64,000 nucleotides of DNA. Source: an uncultured Gemmiger sp. (lineage in GTDB: Bacteria; Bacillota; Clostridia; Oscillospirales; Ruminococcaceae). The notes beneath the pieces were generated by a model. It had not been told where the DNA came from, did no database searches, and saw only the letters and a program-made list of their open reading frames with translations. Location: positions 2,812-66,811 of the forward strand of contig CALXHP010000005.1 in assembly GCA_944388135.1 (NCBI GenBank). The letters run 5' to 3'. Shown piece after piece: positions 32,170 to 41,493 of this stretch (position 1 is its first letter; every line of letters starts with the position of its first letter). The position numbers were made by a program, and so were the translations under genes.

Positions 32170-33396
32170 TCAGGTGCGGTAGTCGCCGTTGATCTTGACG
32201 TAGTCGTAGGTCAGATCACAGCCCCAGGCCTTGGCCGTGGCATCGCCGCAGCCCAGATCCACCAGGATCTCGATCTCGTCCTCTTTCAGGACCTTGGCGG
32301 CCTCCTCCTCGCTGTAGGGGTGGTAGGCGGCGTTCTCGCAGACAAAGACCTCCCCGGCCCGGCTCTTCAGCCGGACAGCGGTCTTGGAGATGTCGAAGTC
32401 TCCCGGGGTGTAGCCGATGGCGCAGAGCACCCGGCCCCAGTTGGCGTCGGCGCCGAACATGGCGGCCTTGAAGAGGGTGGAATGGATGACGCTCTTGGAG
32501 ACCGCCCGGGCCGTTGCCAGGTCGGGGGCGCCGGTGACGGTGCATTCCAGCAGCTTGGTGGCGCCTTCGCCGTCGGCGGCCAGTTCCCGGCAGAGATGCT
32601 CGGCCACCACGGTCAGCGCCGCCACGAAGGTGTCGTAGTCGGCGGTGCCTTCCGCCACTGCGGCGCCGGACAGGCCGGAAGCCAGCAGCAGGACGGTGTC
32701 GTTGGTGGAGGTGTCGCCGTCCACCGAGATCTGGTTGAACGTCGCGGGCACCACGGTGGACAGCGCCTTCTGGAGCACCGCGGGTTCCACCTGGGCGTCG
32801 GTGGTCATGAAGAGCAGCATGGTGGCCATGTTGGGATGGATCATGCCGGAGCCCTTGGCGATGGCGCCGATATGGCAGGTCTTGCCGCCGATGGCAAACT
32901 CCACGGCAAATTCCTTGGCGTGGGTGTCGGTGGTCATGATGGCGGTGGCGGCGTCGTGGCTGCCCTCCGGGGTGGCGGCCAGCTTGGCGGCCGCTTCGGG
33001 AACGCCCTTCTCGAAAGGCGCCAGCTCCATGGCCTGGCCGATGACACCGGTGGAGGCGGGCAGCACATCGGCGGCGTCGATGCCCAGGGCCTTGGCCACC
33101 AGGTCGCAGGTATCCTGGGCCAGCTGGATGCCGTTTGGGGCGCAGGTGTTGGCGTTGCCGCTGTTCACCACGATGGCCTGGGCGTAGCCGTCCTGCAGGT
33201 GTTCCCGGTCCACCGTGATGGGGGCGCCGTAGACCTTGTTGGTGGTGTAGCAGCCGGCGCCCGCACAGCGCACGTCCGCCTTAATCAGCGCCAGGTCCAG
33301 TTTGCTGTGGTTATGCCGGATGCCGCAGTGTACACCGGCGGCAGAAAAACCTTTGGCGGCGCAGATGCCGCCTGCAACAGGCTGAAAACTTTCCAT
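32170..33396 (-). CDS. argJ: Glutamate N-acetyltransferase / ornithine acetyltransferase
   Basis: NSGNAN, STGVIG, IMTTDT, KGSGMIHPNMATML, DGEGATK and INGDYRT. Confidence 0.95.
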   Translation of the reverse strand: MESFQPVAGGICAAKGFSAAGVHCGIRHNHSKLDLALIKADVRCAGAGCYTTNKVYGAPITVDREHLQDGYAQAIVVNSGNANTCAPNGIQLAQDTCDLVAKALGIDAADVLPASTGVIGQAMELAPFEKGVPEAAAKLAATPEGSHDAATAIMTTDTHAKEFAVEFAIGGKTCHIGAIAKGSGMIHPNMATMLLFMTTDAQVEPAVLQKALSTVVPATFNQISVDGDTSTNDTVLLLASGLSGAAVAEGTADYDTFVAALTVVAEHLCRELAADGEGATKLLECTVTGAPDLATARAVSKSVIHSTLFKAAMFGADANWGRVLCAIGYTPGDFDISKTAVRLKSRAGEVFVCENAAYHPYSEEEAAKVLKEDEIEILVDLGCGDATAKAWGCDLTYDYVKINGDYRT

Positions 33397-33435
33397 GATT
33401 GTTTTCCTCTCTCTCACTTTCCACGATCTATCGTA

Positions 33436-34377
33436 TTACAGGGCCAGACCCGCACATTCGTCCAGTCCCAGCATCAGGTTCATGCACTGTACCGCAGCCC
33501 CCGAGGAACCCTTGCCCAGGTTGTCAAACAGGCTGATGAGCTGCATCTGGGTGCCGTCGGGGTTGGCCAGGCAGAAGATCTCCAGCCGGTCCGACCCGGC
33601 CAGCTTGTTGGCGGCCAGGAAGCCCCCGTCGGTGCCCTCGCACAAGGGATGCACCGAGATCATCTTCGCCCCGGCGTAGTAGCTTGCCAGGGTCCCGGCC
33701 ACCTGGTCGGCAGTCAGGCCCAGGGCTTTCAGGTCCAGGGGGATCATCGTCTCCATGCCCGCGTAGTAGTCCGCCACGATGGGCACAAAGTTGGGGGCGG
33801 TATCCAGCCCGGTGATGGCCTTCATCTCGGGCAGGTGCTTGTGGTGGAGAGCCAGCCCGTAAGGCCGGGGGGCGTTAAGGGCAGTGTTTTCCCGGGGTGC
33901 CTCGTATTCGGCGATCATCTTTTTGCCGCCGCCGGAGTAGCCGGTGAGGCTGTAGCAGCTGAGCTGTGTTTCTTTGGGCAGCAGACCCTTTTCCACCAGG
34001 GGGGCCACCGGGGCGATAAAACCGGTGGCATGGCAGCCCGGCACCGCCACACGGGTGGCGGCGGGGAGCTTTGCCCGGGTATTGCCCAGTTCCGGCAGGC
34101 CATAGAGCCAGTCGGGGTTGGTGCGGTGGGCGGTGGAGGTGTCCAGCACCCGGACGTCGGGCCGCAGCAGCGGCACTACTTCCCGGGCTGCATCGTCGGG
34201 CAGGCAGAGGAAGGAAAGGTCACTCTCGTTGATGACCGCCGCCCGGGCGTGGACGTCCTTGCGGTCGGCCTCCGAGATGGTCAGGATTTCAAATTCCGGG
34301 CGGGCCGCCAGCCGGTCGGCAATGCGCAGCCCTGTGGTTCCGGCAGAGCCGTCCACAAAAATCTTGTATTTTGCCAC
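33436..34377 (-). CDS. argC: N-acetyl-gamma-glutamyl-phosphate reductase (short, type-2 form)
   Basis: IFVDGSAGTTG, STAHR, PGCHATG, GYSGGGK and DNLGKGSSGAAVQ. Confidence 0.93.
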   Translation of the reverse strand: MAKYKIFVDGSAGTTGLRIADRLAARPEFEILTISEADRKDVHARAAVINESDLSFLCLPDDAAREVVPLLRPDVRVLDTSTAHRTNPDWLYGLPELGNTRAKLPAATRVAVPGCHATGFIAPVAPLVEKGLLPKETQLSCYSLTGYSGGGKKMIAEYEAPRENTALNAPRPYGLALHHKHLPEMKAITGLDTAPNFVPIVADYYAGMETMIPLDLKALGLTADQVAGTLASYYAGAKMISVHPLCEGTDGGFLAANKLAGSDRLEIFCLANPDGTQMQLISLFDNLGKGSSGAAVQCMNLMLGLDECAGLAL

Positions 34378-34394
34378 AAAAACACCTGTTTCCG

Positions 34395-35777
34395 TTATTG
34401 GTTTTCCAGTTTCTTCCGGACCAGTTCGATCTGTTTCAGCACGCTGGACTTGGTGGGGCCGCCGTAGCTGGTGCGGCCCTCGCAGCAGTTGGTCAGGTCG
34501 ATGGCCTGATACACGTCCTCCTCAAAGAGGTCGCTGTATTTCTTGAACTCGTCGAGGGTCATCTCTTCCAGCGTCTTGTCGGCGGCGATGCAGGCCGCCA
34601 CCATGGTGCCGGTGCACTTGTAGGCATCCCGGAAGGGCATTCCCTTCTTGGTCAGGTAGTCGGCACAGTCGGTGGCGTTGATGAAGCCCTTGGCCGCCGC
34701 CCGGCGCATATTGGCGGGCAGCGGGGTCATGGTGGCCAGCATGGGGGTCACGGTGCGCAGGCAGAGTTCCAGGGTGTCCACCGCGTCGAAGATGGCCTCC
34801 TTGTCCTCCTGCATATCCTTGTCGTAGGCCAGGGGGATGCCCTTCATCATCACCAGCAGGGTGTTCAGGTCGCCGTAGACCCGGCCGGTCTTGCCCCGGA
34901 TGAGCTCGGTGACGTCGGGGTTCTTCTTCTGGGGCATGATGGAGGAACCGGTGGTGAAGGCGTCGTCCAGCTCGATGAACTTGAACTCCCAGCTGCACCA
35001 GAGGATGATCTCCTCCGACAGGCGGGAGAGGTGCATCATACAGGTGGCGATGGCCGCCCCCAGTTCGATGCAGAAATCCCGGTCGGAGACACCGTCGATG
35101 GAGTTGGCGCAGGGGGCGTCAAAGCCCAGTTCCTGGGCCGTATAGAACCGGTCCAGGGGGTAGGTGGTGCCGGCCAGGGCGCCGGAGCCTAAGGGGCATT
35201 CGGCGTTCATCCGGGCGGTGGCGTCCTGCATCCGGCCCAGGTCCCGCAGCAGCATCCAGGCGTAGGCCATAAGCTGGTGGCCGAAGGTCACCGGCTGGGC
35301 CCGCTGCAGATGGGTGTAGCCGGGCATGACATAGTCGGCGCCCTTGGCGGCCTGGTCGCAGAGGGTGTTGATCAGTTCCTTGATCTGGCCCTGGATGTGG
35401 GCGGAAGCCTGGCGCAGGTTGAGGCGCAGGTCCAGCGCCACCTGGTCGTTGCGGCTGCGGCCGGTGTGGAGCCGCTTGCCCGCATCCCCCACCCGGGCGG
35501 TGAGGGTCTGTTCCACAAAGGTGTGGACATCCTCGGCGGCGGGGTCGATCTCCAGGGCGCCGCTGTGCAAATCGTTCAGGATGCTGTGCAGCCCCTTGTG
35601 GATGTCCTCCACGTCCTGGGCGGAGATGATGCCCTGCCGCCCCAGCATGGCGGAGTGGACCAGGCTGCCCTGGATATCCTGCTCGATCATCCGTGCGTCG
35701 AAACGGATGGAAGAGTTGAAGTCATTGACGCGGCTGTCCACGGCCTTGCTGGCGCGGCCCTGCCAAAGTTGCGGCAT
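34395..35777 (-). CDS. argH: Argininosuccinate lyase
   Basis: LHTGRSRNDQ, PGYTHLQRAQP and GSSIMPQKKNPD. Confidence 0.96.
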   Translation of the reverse strand: MPQLWQGRASKAVDSRVNDFNSSIRFDARMIEQDIQGSLVHSAMLGRQGIISAQDVEDIHKGLHSILNDLHSGALEIDPAAEDVHTFVEQTLTARVGDAGKRLHTGRSRNDQVALDLRLNLRQASAHIQGQIKELINTLCDQAAKGADYVMPGYTHLQRAQPVTFGHQLMAYAWMLLRDLGRMQDATARMNAECPLGSGALAGTTYPLDRFYTAQELGFDAPCANSIDGVSDRDFCIELGAAIATCMMHLSRLSEEIILWCSWEFKFIELDDAFTTGSSIMPQKKNPDVTELIRGKTGRVYGDLNTLLVMMKGIPLAYDKDMQEDKEAIFDAVDTLELCLRTVTPMLATMTPLPANMRRAAAKGFINATDCADYLTKKGMPFRDAYKCTGTMVAACIAADKTLEEMTLDEFKKYSDLFEEDVYQAIDLTNCCEGRTSYGGPTKSSVLKQIELVRKKLENQ

Positions 35778-35797
35778 AGAGATACCTCCCAAAAGAT

Positions 35798-36925
35798 TTA
35801 TACATTGTCAGGCCGTTGGGCCGGATCAAGGGTTTCAAAGATTTGCAGTGCTTTTCGGTGCAAAGGCTGTTCCAGGAAGCGATAGGAGAGCCAGCCGATG
35901 GGCTGCAGGACCACCGCACAGACCAGCATGGTGGGCCAGTTGACCAGCAGCGCCGGATCCCGCCCCAGGAGTCTGACCACCGAATAGAGCAGAATATACA
36001 GCGGGAAATGCCAGACAAAGACACTGTAGCTGATCCCGGACAGTTTTTCCCAGACGGGAAGCCGGCTGAGGAGTGTGAAGGGGAACGACTGAACCAGCAG
36101 CAGGATCACCGGGTACAGCAGGAAGGTCAGCAAAAAAGGCATATATTGCAGATCGCCGTCTTTTTTATAGTAAGCTGCCGCAAACACTGCCAGAAATGCC
36201 AGCCCCGCCCAGAAAACACTCCGCCGTTTCTGGAGCCGCGGCATGAGCATGGCCAGCAAAATGCCGGCAAAAAAGGCGCTGTACCCGCGGCTGCAAACGC
36301 CGGTGAGGAAAGGGATCTCCGTCTGATACGTCTGATCGCCCTGGAATGTCTGTACGCTGCACCCCAGGAAGATCATAAAGGCAAATCCATAACAAGGGGA
36401 TACCTTTATGCGGTGGGACCAGTAGACGATGGCATAAAAGACCAGATAGCAGAGCATCAGGGCACTGCAATACCAGGTGGGATTGTTCAGATAGGGGTTT
36501 TTAAAAGCCCAGCCGGTCTGGATGCCCAGCGCCTGGATGACAACGCCGAAAAGGGAGGGGTCCTTCTCCCAGAAAGCTCCCTGATAGGCTTTGTCGTACA
36601 GAAGAAGGAAGATCGCGCAGCAAACACCGCTGATGGCCAACAGGGGCAGCAGCCTGGCCGCCCGGCGGGTATAAAAGCGATAGAAAGACAGTCCTTGCCG
36701 CACCTTTTGGATATAGGGCACCATGAAGAATCCCGAGAGCAGAAAAAACAGTTCAACGATATAGCCCCAGTTAAAAGAGCCCCCAAAGAAGTTGATGGGG
36801 AATCCATGAACATTTTGCCCGGTGACCATGACCGCCACCTGTTCATAGTGGTGCAAAACAATAAAGACCGTGGAAATCACTTTCACCATGTCAAAGGCGC
36901 GATTTCGTGCGCTGTGCATAAACAC
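35798..36925 (-). CDS. Acyltransferase-3 (OafA/WecH-like) membrane O-acyltransferase
   Basis: RNRAFDMVK...IVLHH, VELFFLLSGF, FYTRRAARLLP, WYCSA, ISYSVFVWHFP and SYRFLEQP. Confidence 0.88.
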   Translation of the reverse strand: MFMHSARNRAFDMVKVISTVFIVLHHYEQVAVMVTGQNVHGFPINFFGGSFNWGYIVELFFLLSGFFMVPYIQKVRQGLSFYRFYTRRAARLLPLLAISGVCCAIFLLLYDKAYQGAFWEKDPSLFGVVIQALGIQTGWAFKNPYLNNPTWYCSALMLCYLVFYAIVYWSHRIKVSPCYGFAFMIFLGCSVQTFQGDQTYQTEIPFLTGVCSRGYSAFFAGILLAMLMPRLQKRRSVFWAGLAFLAVFAAAYYKKDGDLQYMPFLLTFLLYPVILLLVQSFPFTLLSRLPVWEKLSGISYSVFVWHFPLYILLYSVVRLLGRDPALLVNWPTMLVCAVVLQPIGWLSYRFLEQPLHRKALQIFETLDPAQRPDNV

Positions 36926-37017
36926 ACTCCTTCATCCGGATTTTTCATCTTCCGTGAACGCCAAAGCCGCCCAGGAGGGAAACCCTCCCCGGCGGTTGGT
37001 AGGCAGATGGTGGAATT

Positions 37018-38256
37018 TTATTCCTCGGTGGGCCAGTTCTTGGCCAGCTTGGCGCGCTCGGCGATGGGCAGGCCAAACAGGTTGATGAAGCCGCTGGCAT
37101 CGGCCTGGTTGTAGTCCTCATCCTCGCCGAAGGAAGCGGTCTGCTCATCGTAGAGGGTGTAGGGGCTGGTGACGCCGGCGTTGATCATGTTGCCCTTGTA
37201 GAGCTTGAGGGTCACATCGCCGGTGACGGTCTTCTGCAGATCGTCGGTGAAGGCGGAGATGGCCTCCCGCAGCGGGGTGAACCACTGGCCGTTGTAGACC
37301 AGCTCGCCCATCTTCTGGGCGATGATCTCCTTGAAGTGGAAGCTCTCCTTGTCCAGGGTGATGGTCTCCAGCACGTTGTGGGCCTTGTAGAGGATGGCAC
37401 CGCCGGGAGTCTCGTAGACGCCGCGGCTCTTCATGCCGACGAGCCGGTTCTCCACGATGTCCAGCAGGCCGATGCCGTTCTCACCGCCCAGCTTGTTCAG
37501 GTATTCTACCAGCTCCACACTGCCCATTTCCTTGCCGTCCACGGCGGTGGGGATGCCCTTTTCAAAGTGGATCTTCACGTAGGTGGGGGTGTCGGGGGCC
37601 TGCTCGGGGCTGACGCCCAGCTCCAGGAAGCCGGGCTTGTTGTACTGGGGTTCCAGAGAGGGCTTCTCCAGGTCCAGGCCCTCATGGCTCAGGTGCCAGA
37701 GGTTCTTGTCCTTGGAGTAGTTGGTCTCCCGGTTGATCTTCAGGGGGATGTTGTGGGCCTCGGCGTAGTCGATCTCCTCGTCACGGCTCTTGATGTTCCA
37801 CTCCCGCCAGGGGGCGATGATGGTCATATCGGGGGCCAGGGCCTTGAGGGTCAGCTCAAAACGGACCTGGTCGTTGCCCTTGCCGGTGCAGCCGTGGCAG
37901 ATGGCGTCGGCGCCTTCCTTCTTGGCGATGTCGGCCAGGGCCTTGGCGATGCAGGGACGGGCGTGGGAGGTGCCCAGCAGGTAGTCCTCATACTTGGCAT
38001 CCGCCTTCAGGCAGGGCCAGATGTAGTTTTCCACATAATCCTTCTTCAGGTCCAGCACGTAGAGCTTGGAAGCGCCGGTCTTGATGGCCTTCTCTTCCAG
38101 GCCGTCCAGCTCGGTGCCCTGGCCCACGTCGCCGGAAACGGCAACCACTTCGCAGTTGTTGTAGTTTTCCTTCAGCCAGGGGATGATGATGGAGGTATCC
38201 AGGCCGCCGGAGTAAGCCAGAACGACTTTCTTGATGTCAGCTTTATTCTTTTTCAT
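37018..38256 (-). CDS. argG: Argininosuccinate synthase
   Basis: [24 protein letters not shown] and [11 protein letters not shown]. Confidence 0.97.
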   Translation of the reverse strand: MKKNKADIKKVVLAYSGGLDTSIIIPWLKENYNNCEVVAVSGDVGQGTELDGLEEKAIKTGASKLYVLDLKKDYVENYIWPCLKADAKYEDYLLGTSHARPCIAKALADIAKKEGADAICHGCTGKGNDQVRFELTLKALAPDMTIIAPWREWNIKSRDEEIDYAEAHNIPLKINRETNYSKDKNLWHLSHEGLDLEKPSLEPQYNKPGFLELGVSPEQAPDTPTYVKIHFEKGIPTAVDGKEMGSVELVEYLNKLGGENGIGLLDIVENRLVGMKSRGVYETPGGAILYKAHNVLETITLDKESFHFKEIIAQKMGELVYNGQWFTPLREAISAFTDDLQKTVTGDVTLKLYKGNMINAGVTSPYTLYDEQTASFGEDEDYNQADASGFINLFGLPIAERAKLAKNWPTEE

Positions 38257-38307
38257 GATCTTTCCCTCTCCTTGTGCCAGCGCCGGGGATCGGTTGCTTG
38301 CCGCCGC

Positions 38308-38321
38308 TGAATATTTATTCA
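38308..38321. promoter_or_regulatory. ARG box (ArgR operator), proximal
   Basis: TGAATATTTATTCA matches the TGMATWWWWATKCA consensus and lies just downstream of the argG promoter. Confidence 0.85.
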
Positions 38322-38334
38322 TTCAACGATGTAT

Positions 38335-38362
38335 ATTATACAACTTTTGCCGCAAAAGACAA
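38335..38362 (-). promoter_or_regulatory. Sigma-A promoter of the arg operon
   Basis: TTGTCT-16 nt-TATAAT. Confidence 0.65.
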
Positions 38363-38446
38363 GTGGAAAAACCACCAAAGGACTTTCCACATTTATAGGT
38401 CTTTTGGGTATTCTGCACAGAAGAATCTGTTTGTTATACGATTTCC

Positions 38447-38460
38447 TGCATGAATATTCA
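38447..38460. promoter_or_regulatory. ARG box, distal
   Basis: TGCATGAATATTCA, a close consensus match upstream of the arg promoter. Confidence 0.7.
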
Positions 38461-38512
38461 TTTTTTCTTGCAGAATCCTGTCGGGTCACCGGGATTTTTT
38501 CCCTTTGAGGGT

Positions 38513-39412
38513 TTATACACCGTTCACCCGGCCCAGGACTTCCGCTATCTCTTCTGCCCCCAACTGCTGCCGCACCGGGGCGGGCGGGTCGGCGGGCGGG
38601 TTGAGGGGGCAGGCCCAGTAGCCCAGGTCCAGCCAGCGGCCGAATTTGTAGCCGCTGTTCTTTTCCACCCCGTAGCGGGTGAAGCCCAGCGCCCTGTGGA
38701 AGGCGTCGCTCTGGGGGTTGGGCCGGGTGATGAGGGCAAAGGCGTTGTAGTACCCCTGCCGCTGCAGCAGTTCCAGCAAGGCCGTGTACAGCTTGCGGCC
38801 GGTGCCCTGGCCCACCACATCGGGAGCGCAGTAGACGGTGGTCTCCACATCCCAGGCGAAGGCCCGCCGGGTGTGCCAGGGGTGGGCGCAGGCGTAGCCC
38901 GCCAGACGTCCGTCGGCAGTACAGGCCACCAGGAAGGGGGCCTTTTCCAGCACCTCGGCGATGTTCTGCCGGTACTCTTCCCCGGTGGACGGTTCATACT
39001 GGAAGGTCTGGGTGCCGTGGGTCACATACCAATTATAAAGGGCCACCACGTCGGCCGCATCTTCCGGGGTGGCCATCCGCACGGTCAGCCGGCTGCGGGC
39101 GGCCCAGTCCGCCGCCAGGGCTTCCTTGTCGGCCTTGGGCAGCTTTTTCAGGGCCGCTTCCCGCCGCAGGGCCGCCGGTTTGTCGGGGCAGGCCTCGGCG
39201 TAGGCCAGCTGCACCGCCTCTTTGCCGTGGCTTTTGGTGTATTTGGCGCCCCCGGCCCCCGTGCGGTGGGCATGAAGGCGGCGGGCCAGGTCGTTGGTCC
39301 ACCCCGCATAGAGGCTGCCGTCGGCGCAGCGCAGCAGATAGACCCAGGCCGGGGTGTAGGGCTGGCGGTCGGCGGCCAGGCTGGCCGCCGGGCCGAAGGT
39401 TCCGGCGGTCAT
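38513..39412 (-). CDS. GIY-YIG (YazA/UPF0213) nuclease domain fused to a Pat/YncA-type GNAT acetyltransferase
   Basis: VYLLRCADGSLYAGWTNDLARRLHAH...GAKYT...REAALKK, followed by a GNAT domain (ETTVY...GQGTGRKLY...SDAFHRALGF...GYKFGRWLD). Confidence 0.85.
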   Translation of the reverse strand: MTAGTFGPAASLAADRQPYTPAWVYLLRCADGSLYAGWTNDLARRLHAHRTGAGGAKYTKSHGKEAVQLAYAEACPDKPAALRREAALKKLPKADKEALAADWAARSRLTVRMATPEDAADVVALYNWYVTHGTQTFQYEPSTGEEYRQNIAEVLEKAPFLVACTADGRLAGYACAHPWHTRRAFAWDVETTVYCAPDVVGQGTGRKLYTALLELLQRQGYYNAFALITRPNPQSDAFHRALGFTRYGVEKNSGYKFGRWLDLGYWACPLNPPADPPAPVRQQLGAEEIAEVLGRVNGV

Positions 39413-40242
39413 TCGCTTACCGGGCGGCCGGCGGCCCGCAGGGTGCGGCGGCAGGCTTCGATGGCGGTGGCCTTGTCGTCGGCGGTGATCAGGAACCGGC
39501 TGGGGTGGCAGAATCGCAGACCCAGGCCGCTGATCTCCCGGAGCTGCTCTTCCGGCTTACCGGCCCAGGCCGGCGGGAAGGGCACCTTGCTGCGCTTGGT
39601 ACGGTGGTCGTTGACGCACTGGGCGCTGTAGCCCCCCCGCTGGCTGGGATAGACCACAAAGAGGGCGTCGGTCTTGTAGAGGCCGTTCTTCCAGGGCATA
39701 TAGGAGGGCAGCACCACGATGCCGTCCCGCATGTTGGCGTAGGCCCGGCGCACCGTCTCGTCGGCACGGTTCACGGCGTTGGCGGCGGCGATCTCATTCT
39801 CCAGGATGGTCTTGGCCACCGGCACCGCCCGCCAGAAGCAGGCATCGGGGTCGTCCTTGGAATCCCACAGGGGGTTGAAGCTGCCGATGGCGTCGGCCAG
39901 GGAGTTCTGTTCCCCGGTATTGTCGTTCAGGTCCAGGGGCTGGATAAAGTTTTCATCCATGAGCCGGGCCTGGTGCTCCCCCACCAGCTGGGCCCCCAGC
40001 ACCCGCCACAAAAGGCCGAAAGCCGCATAGGGCACCCCGTTGGGGCGGGTCTCCCGGGGTTCCGAGTGGTGGTCGAACATGCCGCCCCCCACATCGTAGA
40101 CGATGCCCTCAAAATCATCGGGCACGGTAAAGCCCCGGGTGATCTTGATGTCGGGGCGGACGATCTGCAAAAGCGCCGTGGAAAACACATCGTCGGCATG
40201 GAACTTGCCGCCGTGGGTAAAACCGTTTGCGGGTATCTTCAT
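39409..40242 (-). CDS. MYG1-family (DHH-like) hydrolase / exonuclease
   Basis: THGGKFHADDV, YDVGGGMFDHH, YAAFGLLW, LDLNDN and FCHPSRF. Confidence 0.88.
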   Translation of the reverse strand: MKIPANGFTHGGKFHADDVFSTALLQIVRPDIKITRGFTVPDDFEGIVYDVGGGMFDHHSEPRETRPNGVPYAAFGLLWRVLGAQLVGEHQARLMDENFIQPLDLNDNTGEQNSLADAIGSFNPLWDSKDDPDACFWRAVPVAKTILENEIAAANAVNRADETVRRAYANMRDGIVVLPSYMPWKNGLYKTDALFVVYPSQRGGYSAQCVNDHRTKRSKVPFPPAWAGKPEEQLREISGLGLRFCHPSRFLITADDKATAIEACRRTLRAAGRPVSE

Positions 40243-40378
40243 AACAGTGATCTCCTGTTTCGTTTTTCTGCCATTATACCACAACCCGCAGGCCGGTGCA
40301 CACCGTTTTCCGCACAAAAAACGGCGGACTGCACCTTTGTCTCCCCGTGCAGTCCGCCGTCCGGCGACCTTATTTTGT

Positions 40379-40582
40379 TCAGTGCCCTGTCTGTGAGCCT
40401 ATGTATCCCCCTGCCTGCCGGTAGCTGTAGAGCACCTGGCGAAAGGACTCATTGGCTCGCCGCAGGTATTCTTTCCGGCGCTGTTGGTCCTCGTGCTGGC
40501 GCTGCTGCAAGGCACGCCAGGCCGCGCAGGTCTTGTGGCAGCCTTCGCAATAGTGGGGGCAATTCATCTGACAGGGCAGCAT
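40379..40582 (-). CDS. Small Cys-rich hypothetical protein (67 aa)
   Basis: AAGGGAGG RBS. C-x3-C-x3-C-x2-CH-x2-C cluster followed by a charged helix. Confidence 0.65.
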   Translation of the reverse strand: MLPCQMNCPHYCEGCHKTCAAWRALQQRQHEDQQRRKEYLRRANESFRQVLYSYRQAGGYIGSQTGH

Positions 40583-40679
40583 GGGCGGTTCCTCCCTTAT
40601 TCTCGGTCGTTACCCCCAGTATACTGCGCCCCCGGCGCGAAATCTATCGCATTCCGGTCATGTTTGCGTAAAGAATCGG

Positions 40680-41390
40680 TCAACAGGCCCCCACAAAGGC
40701 GGCAAAGATCTTGCGGCTGTCCTCGTTGACTTTCCAGGAAAATTCCGGGTGCCACTGCACCGCCCAGACAAACCGCTTGCCAGGCTCGTAGACCGCCTCC
40801 ACAATGCCGTCGGGAGCGGTGGCCATGGCGGCAAGCCCCGGGGCCAGGGTGTGGATGGCCTGGTGGTGGTAGCTGTTCACCGCCAGGGTGTCCTTGCCCA
40901 GCAGGTCCGCCAGAGGGGTGCCGGGCAGCAGCCGCACCGTATGGATGGGCTGGTCGTAGGCGCCGGTCTGGTGATGGTTCACCTCCGAAGGGTACTCCAC
41001 CGGCAGGTCCTGCCAGAGGGTGCCCCCCAGCGCCCCGTTGAGGAACTGGATGCCCCGGCAGATACCCAGCACCGGTTTGTCCTGGGCCCGGGCCAGGGCC
41101 AGCAGTTTCTGTTCCATGGCGTCCCGCTGGGGGCTGGTCTCCCCGCAGAGGGCGGTGCGGGCGCTGCCGTAAAGTTCCGGGGCCACATCCTGGCCGCCGG
41201 TGAGCAGAAAGCCGTCGCAGGTGGCCGCCAACTGGGCCAGCTGGTCATCCGCGTCGGTGAGGGGCAGCATCACCGGCAGACCGCCGGCCTGCTGGATGCC
41301 CTCCATATAGCCGGGCAGCATCCAGTAGCTGGCCCGTTGATAATCCACCAGCGGCACCAGGCCGATGAGCGGACGTTTTTCCTCTTGCAT
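40680..41390 (-). CDS. Gamma-glutamyl-gamma-aminobutyrate hydrolase family (peptidase C26, class I glutamine amidotransferase)
   Basis: LLTGGQDV, LGICRGIQ, VNSYHHQA and VQWHPE. Confidence 0.9.
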   Translation of the reverse strand: MQEEKRPLIGLVPLVDYQRASYWMLPGYMEGIQQAGGLPVMLPLTDADDQLAQLAATCDGFLLTGGQDVAPELYGSARTALCGETSPQRDAMEQKLLALARAQDKPVLGICRGIQFLNGALGGTLWQDLPVEYPSEVNHHQTGAYDQPIHTVRLLPGTPLADLLGKDTLAVNSYHHQAIHTLAPGLAAMATAPDGIVEAVYEPGKRFVWAVQWHPEFSWKVNEDSRKIFAAFVGAC

Positions 41391-41407
41391 CGTTCTTTCC
41401 TCCCCTG

Positions 41408-41448
41408 AAAAAAGGCGAAGACACCCCCGGCGGGGCATCTTCGCCTTT
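41408..41448 (-). terminator. Intrinsic terminator downstream of glycan module B
   Basis: AAAGGCGAAGA...TCTTCGCCTTTTTT hairpin with a U-tract on the minus strand. Confidence 0.7.
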
Positions 41449-41493
41449 CTGTCTTTATTCATTGTAGCGCGCCGGGCCCCGGTTCGTCAAGCC

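Noticed and set aside
38513-39412. GIY-YIG domain as a homing endonuclease or mobile intron
   Set aside because: It is the short YazA/UPF0213 type with no DNA-binding extension, no intron structure and no interrupted host gene.
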